Below, piece by piece: positions 7,230 to 15,244 of a stretch of 64,000 nucleotides of DNA; position 1 is the stretch's first letter; every line of letters begins with the position of its first letter. The translations under genes and the position numbers were made by a program. The stretch covers positions 12,488-76,487 of the forward strand of contig JACPKU010000006.1 of NCBI GenBank assembly GCA_016186915.1, given 5' to 3'. The notes beneath the pieces are model-generated. The model did no database searches and was not told where the DNA came from. It was given only the letters and a program-made list of their open reading frames with translations. This DNA comes from Candidatus Doudnabacteria bacterium. Lineage in GTDB: Bacteria; Patescibacteriota; Doudnabacteria; UBA920; O2-02-FULL-48-8.

Positions 7230-10200
7230 ATGCTCAATAAAAAACAAACCAAGTTTATTACTAAAGGGTTTAAGATTCTAACCGGTGCAATATTCGTCCT
7301 GGCGGTTTTTGGATCTCTGGTTTCTCCGCAAGCTGCATCTTCAACCACTCTAACCATCCAAGGCGATCATTTTTTGTTAAACGGCCAGGCCAAGTTTTTG
7401 GTCTTGGCTGCTTATTTTGACGGCTTGGACGCGCCCAATGTGGGCGCGGATTTGGATTACCTCAAGTCCAAAGGAATTGACGGCGTGCGCGTGTTTCCAA
7501 ACTGGTGGGACACCACGACGCCGTTGATTTTTGGCAATACTTTAATGAACACGGACGGCAGTTTGGACGCGGGCAGATTAAATGATTTACGGAGTATCAT
7601 CAGCGCTGCCGACAGTCGAGGGATGGTAGTGGATGTGAGTTTTGCCCGCGAGACCGTGGATGGGCCGTGCAATACAGGTGGTAGAAATATGATGTGTGAA
7701 AATGAATACAAAAATGGTGTGGTCGCCACAGTGCAACAGTTGAGCAGTTACAGCAACGTGCTTTATGATTTGCAAAACGAATTTGACGGTGGCATTACGA
7801 ATTTATCCTCCAGTCACGTCTCGGATTTGAAAAATCGAGTGAGAGCCGCGGATTCGAGTGCGACGATTTCCGCCTCCACTGGCTCATATCCTGGCGCGGG
7901 CAGCGCGGCGGCAGGTTATACGAACCAATACGGGTTTGACTTTACCAATGTGCACAGCACGCACCTGACCAGCGCTTCTGGCGTGGCGGGCATGATCTCG
8001 CCGGCCCGTTCGGCAGGCAAGCCGGTTTATCTCGGCGAACCTTATCATTCCACTTTTATTTCCGGCGGCCAGGCGACGGCCTCCGAATTGTTAAATTTTG
8101 CCACGGAAACCAAAAGAACCGGAGCCGCGGCGTTTGTTTATCACACTCGCGCCGGCTTTATTCTGGACGGCTCGAGTTTCCAGGGGAATATGACCGCGGT
8201 GGAAACCAGCTTTCTTAACTCTCTCGCGAATTCTTTAAGTCAAACCACTTGGGGAGTCAATTTAATCAGCCCGCCGCCTCCACCGCCGCCTCCTGGTACT
8301 GATCCGACACCAAGCCCAACGGGTCGCGTAATTAGTTCGCTGAGCCCCACCACGGTTCAGCCGGGAGACACGATGACCATTGATGGTGTCAATCTTGACA
8401 GCACGGTTCAGATTTTCAACAGCAGCAATCTGAGAAGCACTTATGTTGGCCAGATCAATGCGTCTGAAACCCAGGTTACTTGGCTGATCCCTGCGGATTT
8501 AGCCAATGGTTCGTATAGGCTGCGGGTCGGGCCAAACCTGACTGATTATTCGAATTTAATGCCTTTCACAATCACAGGCAGCACTGTGCCACCACCGCCG
8601 CCTCCACCTCCACCACCACCGCCCATAGATTACAGTCCAGAGATACCAGATTGGGTTGACTGCAGCGCCATTCCGGAAGATCTGACCCTGTTATCAGAAT
8701 GGAATTTTTGGTGCGGGATTACGCCCCAGCCGCCACCACCGCCACCACCAGGCCAGGACCCAAGCAATCCTTTGAGCTTGCCCGGAAGTGGAGCTTATGG
8801 CATGAGTATGGCTTACAATCCGACTAACAATACTTTTTTGTATGTCAGCACTGAAGGAATCGGCACCCCGCCCAATGTCCAATCCCGGCTAATCGGCGCC
8901 ATTTTGGACGCTGACGACCTGGCTGTGATCGGTGGTAGTTTTCGGGTTGACCAAGGGGATGAATTCGCGGCCTCGCCCCAAGTGGTCTACAATCCTGACC
9001 AAGACCAGTTTTTGGTAGTGTGGGAGGATTCGCGCGCCGGCAATAACCGCCGGCACATTTACGGCCGGCTGTTTGGAGCAGACGGCAGTCCCTTGGGCAA
9101 TGACTTTGTGATTGTTGACTTGTTTGACGCGTTTTTGAACGATTTGATTTATGATGACGGCAATAAAAAATACGTGGTGCTGTTTGAAGCAGGCGAGCCG
9201 ATGTTTCGAACCGTGGATGCTTCCGGCAATTTAGGCCCCATAGTCAAAGTCGTACCGCAATTAACAGAGTACCAAGGACAAGGCAATTTTACTTACAATT
9301 CTAATTTGAATGAGTATTGGACCGTGTATGTGGCAGGAGTCAGCGGTTCTGACACGCAAGAGGAAGACGACCGGATAATGCTGATGAGGACTGACGCTAC
9401 CACGTTACAGCCTGTCGGTCAGCCAGTTCAATTAAGCGCCACCAGGCCAGCCAGAAACGGTTTTGCCGAACCAAAAATCGCGTATAGCAAGTATGACGGC
9501 GCGGCCATGACGGTTTGGCTGGAACGCGGCCGGCCTGGTGAGGGCGCAGGAGTCTATGGCCGGACAGTGTATGATGATTTAAGTTTATCAGGGGAATTTC
9601 CAGTGATTACGCCTGTTACTTCTCCCTACTCTGACCAATACGGCGCCCCGCAGCTTAATTACAATCCTTACACCGGCTTGTTTTCAGTCAGCACGCTGGA
9701 TAATAACGGCGGGACCATGCTGACGGAACTGCTGGTTGACGGGACTGTTTTAGGAGAAGATCAGGTAATCGGACCTACTGGGTCGCTGGGCAATTTCAAT
9801 CCGAACAGCTATGTTGGTCCGCAAGGGACGATTGTGGCAGCCTCCACGGATTTCGCCTCCACCAGTGCGACGATGAACCGAAGTCTGTTTGCCAACTTAG
9901 GCCCGGAAAGCCAGGGCGGGAGCGGCACGGTTTATCCGCCGGGAACCCCGCCAACTCCCGTGGACACCACGGTTTTGGGCAAACTGATCAGCCAGATTTA
10001 TCTCTGGTCGCTGGGAGTCTCGGCTTTGCTGGCCATGTTGATGATGGTGCTTGGCGGATATCTGGTTATGACTGCGGCGGGTAATGCTGAGCAATCTAGC
10101 AAAGGCAAAGAATTCATCTGGTCCGCAATAATTGGCATGGGGTTGTTGTTTGCTTCTTACCTAATATTAAACACAATCAACCCGGATCTGGTCAACTTTG

Positions 10201-10232
10201 ATCTGACCTCGATTAATCGGTTGGACGGGTAG
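7230..10232 (+). CDS. Large secreted multidomain surface protein: GH5-like (clan GH-A) TIM-barrel domain, polyproline linkers, IPT/TIG-like domain, C-terminal 2-TM VirB2/TrbC-type (T4SS-pilin-like) anchor
   Basis: Signal peptide; LYDLQNEFDG (NEx catalytic-acid motif of clan GH-A); runs of 8-12 Pro; C-terminal LWSLGVSALLAMLMMVLGGYLVMTAAGNAEQSSKGKEFIWSAIIGMGLLFASYLILNTINP two-helix module typical of T4SS-pilin-like tails in CPR surface proteins. Confidence 0.7.
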   Translation: MLNKKQTKFITKGFKILTGAIFVLAVFGSLVSPQAASSTTLTIQGDHFLLNGQAKFLVLAAYFDGLDAPNVGADLDYLKSKGIDGVRVFPNWWDTTTPLIFGNTLMNTDGSLDAGRLNDLRSIISAADSRGMVVDVSFARETVDGPCNTGGRNMMCENEYKNGVVATVQQLSSYSNVLYDLQNEFDGGITNLSSSHVSDLKNRVRAADSSATISASTGSYPGAGSAAAGYTNQYGFDFTNVHSTHLTSASGVAGMISPARSAGKPVYLGEPYHSTFISGGQATASELLNFATETKRTGAAAFVYHTRAGFILDGSSFQGNMTAVETSFLNSLANSLSQTTWGVNLISPPPPPPPPGTDPTPSPTGRVISSLSPTTVQPGDTMTIDGVNLDSTVQIFNSSNLRSTYVGQINASETQVTWLIPADLANGSYRLRVGPNLTDYSNLMPFTITGSTVPPPPPPPPPPPPIDYSPEIPDWVDCSAIPEDLTLLSEWNFWCGITPQPPPPPPPGQDPSNPLSLPGSGAYGMSMAYNPTNNTFLYVSTEGIGTPPNVQSRLIGAILDADDLAVIGGSFRVDQGDEFAASPQVVYNPDQDQFLVVWEDSRAGNNRRHIYGRLFGADGSPLGNDFVIVDLFDAFLNDLIYDDGNKKYVVLFEAGEPMFRTVDASGNLGPIVKVVPQLTEYQGQGNFTYNSNLNEYWTVYVAGVSGSDTQEEDDRIMLMRTDATTLQPVGQPVQLSATRPARNGFAEPKIAYSKYDGAAMTVWLERGRPGEGAGVYGRTVYDDLSLSGEFPVITPVTSPYSDQYGAPQLNYNPYTGLFSVSTLDNNGGTMLTELLVDGTVLGEDQVIGPTGSLGNFNPNSYVGPQGTIVAASTDFASTSATMNRSLFANLGPESQGGSGTVYPPGTPPTPVDTTVLGKLISQIYLWSLGVSALLAMLMMVLGGYLVMTAAGNAEQSSKGKEFIWSAIIGMGLLFASYLILNTINPDLVNFDLTSINRLDG

Positions 10233-12125
10233 TTAATAGGTTATTTTTAAAAGCTGATTTTGATCGAGGAGATAGAGACTGCGCTCTGTTTCGTCGATAT
10301 ACATGTCAGTGAGATCAGAACTGTTCGGGAAATAGATTTGATTGACAAGTTGACCTTGTTTGTTGAAAATTATCAATCTTTGCTTGGCTGGTTCTAAAAT
10401 ATATATTTCCGTGCCGATAAAAATCCTGCTTGCTTGGGTCATTGGATCAGTCAGAACTGCAAGCTCAAATGTTTGCTCTATGCCGCGCGAGAATTTTGAA
10501 AGCCTGTCAGGAAAAAGAACATAAACATCATTATCCACGCCGACATCCACGGCGCCCGACAAATCAGCCGCAGTGGTTAGGAACGGCTGAGAGGAGGCGT
10601 TGCCCCCGGCATCAAACGCCAATCTGAAAATTTGATTGGTGTTTTTGTCAATGACGTAGACGCGGTTGGGAGGGAGAAAAGCAAGTCCCAGCAGGTTCGA
10701 CCCGGCAAAGTCCCGGACCAAATCAAACTGGTTTAAGGATTCATTGATGCGGTAGAGTTGGTTTTCACTAATTACATAGTTGCCCAAATTTTCAACGTGG
10801 GCCAAGCCTTTGATATCAGTGCTGGTTGTGTTGAGCATGAACAAACTGTCTAGATTTTCGCTGTAGGTTAGGACGGTCTGTGTGCTTGAATTGGCGAATA
10901 TAAACCCTGATCCCGCGCGCGCAAATATGTCCGGATTTTGATCAAACGCCAGGAAGATTTCCGGGCTGTCAACCGTGCTGACTCGGTTAACCTTGTTATA
11001 TAAATCCGTTAAAAGTTGGTGGTAGGCAGAAGCTTGCTTATCGTCAAGTTTTTCTAATTTCGTAAATTCTAGCTGCGCTTTGTTTAACAGTTCAAAGGCC
11101 TGATCTTGGTTATTATAGAGCAGGGAAGATTCGGTTTCATTAATTTTCTCCACCAACACATTGATTTGGTTATCTATTGCCATGGCGTGTCGGGAGTTGG
11201 CTGATCTGATTCCGGTAACGATCAGGTTAAGTGCAAGCAAGACGACAAATAAAATGAAACTGATAAAAAAGAATTTTCCTGACGTTGATAAATTACCATA
11301 TGATTTAAAACGGGGGATTTTTATCGAGACAAAAAGTCGTTTGAATCTGCTAATCAGATTTCCCGGAAATGACCAAGGTTTTTTTTCAGTTTCGGCGGCT
11401 GTCACATCTTCGGGCAAAGGAGCATAAATCTCTTCTTCTGTCCCATAAGTGACAGTCTTGCCCAAGCTTTTTCCAAAGCGGAGCATAAAAGCGGCATATC
11501 CTTCGTCAGGTTCGGCAGAGTCCTGTAAAATTTTGGAAATCTTCAGGCAAGCATCGTCTGGCGGTGTATTTGTAAGTATTTGTTTGAATAATTCAAACGA
11601 TACGTAATTAAATACGTTCGTCGTGGTTAGAATCAAATCATCGCCTTCTTTAATTTTGCCCTGCATAAAATTTTGGAATATTTTAAGAGGGTGAGTGCTG
11701 GCTTCTTCGGCAGGCAGAAGCTCAAGAAGTTCTGAGTTTCTTCCGAGCCAAGCTCCCACCTGTCCCGTATTTGTCAAATAAATCTGATCGGAATACTTAA
11801 GAGCTAGGCAGCAAGAAAATTTTCCCAGCCAGCCCCTTCGGCCCTTGTGGGCGGTATCAGCAAGCTCTTCGTTGATCTGGGCCAGCGAAGTCTCAAATAA
11901 TGCATCGGCAGTAAGTTTTTTGTTTGCCTTTAATGTTCGGAGCACAATTTCAGAAATTTTTTTTAAATCAGAGGCTTCGGTTTTTTTTTGGATTTTTTGC
12001 AGCTGCGCCAACAAGAAAACTTGTGTGGTGGCATTTAGCTTCTCATCATACAGAATTATTGAGCTTTTTTTAGCCTCAAGTCCGGATAGATAAATTTGAT
12101 TGATTTGTGTTTCTAACTTGGCCAT
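10233..12125 (-). CDS. Membrane protein with N-terminal degenerate PP2C-like phosphatase domain, central TM and large extracytoplasmic C-terminal domain
   Basis: SCCLALKYSDQIYLTNTGQVGAWL and GDDLILTTTNVF resemble PP2C motifs, but the metal-binding DGHGG motif is not evident; single TM FFFISFILFVVLLALNLIV. Confidence 0.5.
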   Translation of the reverse strand: MAKLETQINQIYLSGLEAKKSSIILYDEKLNATTQVFLLAQLQKIQKKTEASDLKKISEIVLRTLKANKKLTADALFETSLAQINEELADTAHKGRRGWLGKFSCCLALKYSDQIYLTNTGQVGAWLGRNSELLELLPAEEASTHPLKIFQNFMQGKIKEGDDLILTTTNVFNYVSFELFKQILTNTPPDDACLKISKILQDSAEPDEGYAAFMLRFGKSLGKTVTYGTEEEIYAPLPEDVTAAETEKKPWSFPGNLISRFKRLFVSIKIPRFKSYGNLSTSGKFFFISFILFVVLLALNLIVTGIRSANSRHAMAIDNQINVLVEKINETESSLLYNNQDQAFELLNKAQLEFTKLEKLDDKQASAYHQLLTDLYNKVNRVSTVDSPEIFLAFDQNPDIFARAGSGFIFANSSTQTVLTYSENLDSLFMLNTTSTDIKGLAHVENLGNYVISENQLYRINESLNQFDLVRDFAGSNLLGLAFLPPNRVYVIDKNTNQIFRLAFDAGGNASSQPFLTTAADLSGAVDVGVDNDVYVLFPDRLSKFSRGIEQTFELAVLTDPMTQASRIFIGTEIYILEPAKQRLIIFNKQGQLVNQIYFPNSSDLTDMYIDETERSLYLLDQNQLLKITY

Positions 12126-12180
12126 AATCTGTTATATAATAACATATTTAAAAGGTTATTAATATGCTATACTACCTGAT

Positions 12181-12756
12181 ATGTTAGCAGAATTTCTATC
12201 ATCCAAGCAGAAAAGCAAGCTGGTCAATTTATTCCTCTCCAGTCCCAAGCGCAGTTTCTCATACACCGAATTGCGCCAGACCACCAAGTGTCCCAGCAAG
12301 CTTCTGCATCAAACAATTAAAGAGCTTACTAAGCTTGAATTTTTACTGTCGTTCCAAAAAGGCAGACATAAATTTTTTCAGATCAACAAGCACTTCGCCC
12401 TTTATCCGGAATTGATCGGTTTGATCAAGAAGCAGAAACAAATACCGAAAGATTTGCTGGTTAAGCAGGCGAGCAAGATAGGGGACTGTAAATTTGCGGC
12501 GCTTACCGGCGTGTTTGCCGGCCGGCCCAGGATGGAAACTGATGTTTTGTTCGTGGGCAAAGTCAGTCCGATGAGATTAAAAAGGTTTTTGAAATTGGCG
12601 GAGAAGTTTGCCGAGGGAGATGTGGGCTATACCATTTTTAGCTCCCAGGAGTTTGAGTATCGCAAAATTATGAATGACAGATTTATCAAAAATATCCTGG
12701 AAAACAACCCGGTGATTGTTGTGGACAAGACTAGCAAAAAAAAATCTAGAAAATAA
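12181..12756 (+). CDS. Hypothetical protein; possible winged-helix plus minimal nucleotidyltransferase (MNT-like) domain
   Basis: ALTGVFAGRPRMETDVLFVG resembles the GS-x9-13-D-x-D pol-beta-type NTase motif; N-terminal region resembles a wHTH. Confidence 0.4.
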   Translation: MLAEFLSSKQKSKLVNLFLSSPKRSFSYTELRQTTKCPSKLLHQTIKELTKLEFLLSFQKGRHKFFQINKHFALYPELIGLIKKQKQIPKDLLVKQASKIGDCKFAALTGVFAGRPRMETDVLFVGKVSPMRLKRFLKLAEKFAEGDVGYTIFSSQEFEYRKIMNDRFIKNILENNPVIVVDKTSKKKSRK

Positions 12757-12766
12757 AACTGTATTT

Positions 12767-13003
12767 ATGGACCAGATTTTTGATATTTACCAGCAATTCC
12801 TAAATTTTTTTCCAGACAACCTGCACGGGTTTGTTTCTCTTGGGTTGGCGATTTTGATCGTGCTTGCCATTTACAAAATCCTCAAAAGAAATTTTATTTT
12901 TATTATTTTATTAATCGTCTTGTTGCCGGCGTCCATTCCTATTTTATCAAACCTTTGGGAAAGCTTGGTGAATTTGTTGAAATTTCTATTGACTAAAAGC
13001 TAG
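12767..13003 (+). CDS. Small hydrophobic membrane protein (2 TM)
   Basis: ORF with two hydrophobic helices; start uncertain. Confidence 0.3.
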   Translation: MDQIFDIYQQFLNFFPDNLHGFVSLGLAILIVLAIYKILKRNFIFIILLIVLLPASIPILSNLWESLVNLLKFLLTKS

Positions 13004-13071
13004 AAATTATTTATAATGTTTAAGAAGTATTAATATCCCATCAAATTTTGGGATAAGAAAGTTGAGATAAC

Positions 13072-13176
13072 ATGCTACAAGATCCAAACATGCCAGCAGG
13101 TGGTGACGCAGCAGGCGATGGTGCAGCAGCACCTGAGGGAGGAACACCAGCTGGTGGCTCAGAAGAGTCGCAATAA
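13072..13176 (+). CDS. Candidate 34-aa acidic Gly/Ala/Pro-rich small ORF (MLQDPNMPAGGDAAGDGAAAPEGGTPAGGSEESQ)
   Basis: Not in the ORF track (too short); preceded by hairpin atccca..tgggat and a gaaag..gag RBS-like sequence; immediately followed by a very strong intrinsic terminator. Confidence 0.25.
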   Translation: MLQDPNMPAGGDAAGDGAAAPEGGTPAGGSEESQ

Positions 13177-13194
13177 AGAAAATAGTACGTTTAA

Positions 13195-13227
13195 ATCACC
13201 CCGCAAGTTTGCGGGGTGATTTTTTTG
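13195..13227 (+). terminator. Intrinsic terminator (10-bp stem atcaccccgc/gcggggtgat, loop aagttt, T6)
   Basis: Read directly from the sequence. Confidence 0.8.
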
Positions 13228-13308
13228 TTTTTGTCTTGTGTGGACAGAAAAATTTTACAGTTGACTGTTTATCCTGTTTTTGTTGTATTTAAGTGATTTT
13301 TTTAGGTT

Positions 13309-13337
13309 TTGACTCGGGGTTTAAGGAGGAATATAAT
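13309..13337 (+). promoter_or_regulatory. Consensus sigma70 promoter TTGACT-17-TATAAT of the dcw (mraZ) operon
   Basis: -35 at 13309-13314 and -10 at 13332-13337 with exactly 17-nt spacer. Confidence 0.7.
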
Positions 13338-13355
13338 TGAATAGAAATGGGTTTC

Positions 13356-13397
13356 TGTGGATAATTGTGGGGATATGTGGGAGTAAATGTGGATAAC
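13356..13397 (+). promoter_or_regulatory. MraZ operator: four direct TGTGG(A/G) repeats at 10-12-nt spacing just downstream of the promoter
   Basis: tgtggataat tgtggggata tgtgggagtaaa tgtggataac; matches the known MraZ-binding direct GTGGG-type repeat arrangement upstream of mraZ. Confidence 0.65.
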
Positions 13398-13412
13398 ATA
13401 AATAAAACACTA

Positions 13413-13844
13413 ATGTTTATAGGTGAACATAGTTTGAGTATGGACGTGAAGGGACGAATAGCAGTACCAGTTAAGTTCCGGCCAATGCTGAATAATGGCA
13501 TAGTGATTACCCGAGGGCTTGATAAAAGCTTGTTTGTGTACACCAAGCCAGAGTGGGGAAAGTTAGCGGAAAAATTGTCACAGCTGCCTTTAGCCACAGC
13601 CAACTCCCGAGCATTTGCCAGATTGATGTTGGCAGGCGCTTGGGATGCGGAAATGGACAAGCAAGGGCGGGTTATTATCCCTGATTATCTCCGCAAGTTT
13701 GCCTCACTTGCCAAAAAAGTAATAATGGCAGGCCTCTATAACCGGATTGAGATTTGGGACCAGGAAGCATGGGAAGCCTACAAATTAGGAACCGAGCGTG
13801 AAAGCACGGCAATAGCCGAAGCCTTGGGTGAATTGGGCGTCTGA
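13413..13844 (+). CDS. mraZ: Transcriptional regulator MraZ
   Basis: MFIGEHSLSMDVKGRIAVPVKFR..; duplicated MraZ half-domains; first gene of the dcw cluster; start set at the MFIGEH methionine rather than the extended track ORF. Confidence 0.9.
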   Translation: MFIGEHSLSMDVKGRIAVPVKFRPMLNNGIVITRGLDKSLFVYTKPEWGKLAEKLSQLPLATANSRAFARLMLAGAWDAEMDKQGRVIIPDYLRKFASLAKKVIMAGLYNRIEIWDQEAWEAYKLGTERESTAIAEALGELGV

Positions 13845-14776
13845 TGTATCATATCCCGGTATTATTGGATGAAGTGGTTAAGCAAATTTTGGCAACCAGT
13901 CCTGGGAACGTGGTTGACGGGACAGTTGGAGGAGGCGGTTACCTAAAAGCGGTTCTTGATAAAAATAAGCAGGCGAAAGTTTTGGGGATTGATCTGGATC
14001 AGGATGCTTTGCACAAACTCGAACAAGAGCTTGCCCAAAGCAATTTGAACCAGAGAGCAGAGTTGGTGCATGGCAATTATTCTGACCTTAAAGAAATTGT
14101 CAGAAAGTTCGGTTTTACTCCTGTCCGCGCCGTAGTGTTGGATTTAGGATTTTCTTCTCTGCAGCTTGACGATCCACAGCGAGGATTCAGTTTCCAGTCA
14201 ACCGGGCCCCTGGACATGCGATTTGACCGATTCCAGAAACTCACTGCTGAGCTGGTGGTTAACAACTACCCCCAAAGACAGTTAGAAGAGATTTTTAGAA
14301 TTTACGGGGAAGAGAAATTTGCGCGGGCAATCGCCAAGCAAATTGTAAGGGTTCGCGAAATACAAAAGATACAGACCACGGCTCAACTATCTGAGAACAT
14401 TCAGCAAGCCCTACCCGCAAGAATCCGGCATAAGTCCTCTGACAGCGCCCGAAGAATATTCCAGGCAATCAGGATTGAGGTGAATAAAGAACTGGATAAT
14501 CTGAGAAAATTTTTGACTGCTGCGGTTGAAATTTTAGATCCGGGGGGCCGGATACTGATAGTTTCGTTTCACTCTTTGGAAGATCGGATAGTCAAGGAGT
14601 TTTTTAAGAAGGGGGCCCAAGCGTGTACCTGTCCCCCAGAGTTTCCGGAATGTGTTTGCGGCAAAAGAGCCGAGCTTAAAATAATCACTAAAAAACCGAT
14701 TAGAGCGGACCAATCAGAGATTGAGAAAAATCCCCGAAGCCGGCCAGCGAAGTTGAGGGTAGCGGAAAAAATTTAG
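13844..14776 (+). CDS. rsmH: 16S rRNA (cytosine1402-N4)-methyltransferase RsmH (MraW)
   Basis: IPVLLDEV..DGTVGGGGY..; 4-nt ATGA overlap with the mraZ stop. Confidence 0.9.
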   Translation: MYHIPVLLDEVVKQILATSPGNVVDGTVGGGGYLKAVLDKNKQAKVLGIDLDQDALHKLEQELAQSNLNQRAELVHGNYSDLKEIVRKFGFTPVRAVVLDLGFSSLQLDDPQRGFSFQSTGPLDMRFDRFQKLTAELVVNNYPQRQLEEIFRIYGEEKFARAIAKQIVRVREIQKIQTTAQLSENIQQALPARIRHKSSDSARRIFQAIRIEVNKELDNLRKFLTAAVEILDPGGRILIVSFHSLEDRIVKEFFKKGAQACTCPPEFPECVCGKRAELKIITKKPIRADQSEIEKNPRSRPAKLRVAEKI

Positions 14777-14878
14777 CCCGTTAGAAATTTGATAGACCAA
14801 AATTAATCTATAAATATTAAAAATTAGCTCGGAAGTATTTAACGATGTCGCATTATTATTCACTCTGCGTTAGTTATT
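14777..14878. repeat. 13-bp long-range inverted repeat (gcccgttagaaat .. atttctaacgggc) enclosing ~76 nt between rsmH and the ftsL-like gene
   Basis: Read directly; could form a long stem-loop in the rsmH-ftsL intercistronic RNA. Confidence 0.5.
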
Positions 14879-14902
14879 TCTAACGGGCTGTAGGCGGCAA
14901 GA

Positions 14903-15238
14903 ATGTTCAATTTGGCTGCGGTAATCCCGCAAATTACAACAAAACAAAAACCAAAAACTAATATTTCTGTGCTGTATTTGAACTCAGCGATTTTAGTTTT
15001 TATTGTGGTTCTGGGGCTGGCTTATTTGATTCAGCTTAATGCGCTCTCAACCAAGGGGTATGAGATAAGACAACAGCAGGAGGCAATCTCCGGGCTTTCA
15101 ACCGAATACAAACATCTGGAGATGCAAGTTTCAAACATGCAATCAATCAATAGAATTAAGCAGGAAGCGGCCAAATTAAATTTTGTCCCGACTTCGGGTG
15201 TTACTTATATCAATGTTTCTGATTTTGTGTTAAAATAG
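14903..15238 (+). CDS. FtsL-like cell-division membrane protein
   Basis: Small bitopic protein (single TM, coiled-coil-like remainder) in the canonical position between rsmH and ftsI. Confidence 0.6.
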   Translation: MFNLAAVIPQITTKQKPKTNISVLYLNSAILVFIVVLGLAYLIQLNALSTKGYEIRQQQEAISGLSTEYKHLEMQVSNMQSINRIKQEAAKLNFVPTSGVTYINVSDFVLK

Positions 15239-15244
15239 AAAACC

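Noticed and set aside
8270-8760. GC-rich ccgccgcc(t/a)cc tandem repeats at 8270-8290, 8590-8625 and 8730-8760
   Set aside because: They are in frame within the large surface-protein gene and encode polyproline linkers (P8-P12); they are not non-coding repeats or mobile-element ends.
10233-12125. Calling the 630-aa minus-strand protein a bona fide PP2C phosphatase
   Set aside because: Only the central and C-terminal PP2C-like blocks are recognisable; the N-terminal metal-binding motifs (DGHGG-type) are not evident, so it is reported as PP2C-like/degenerate.
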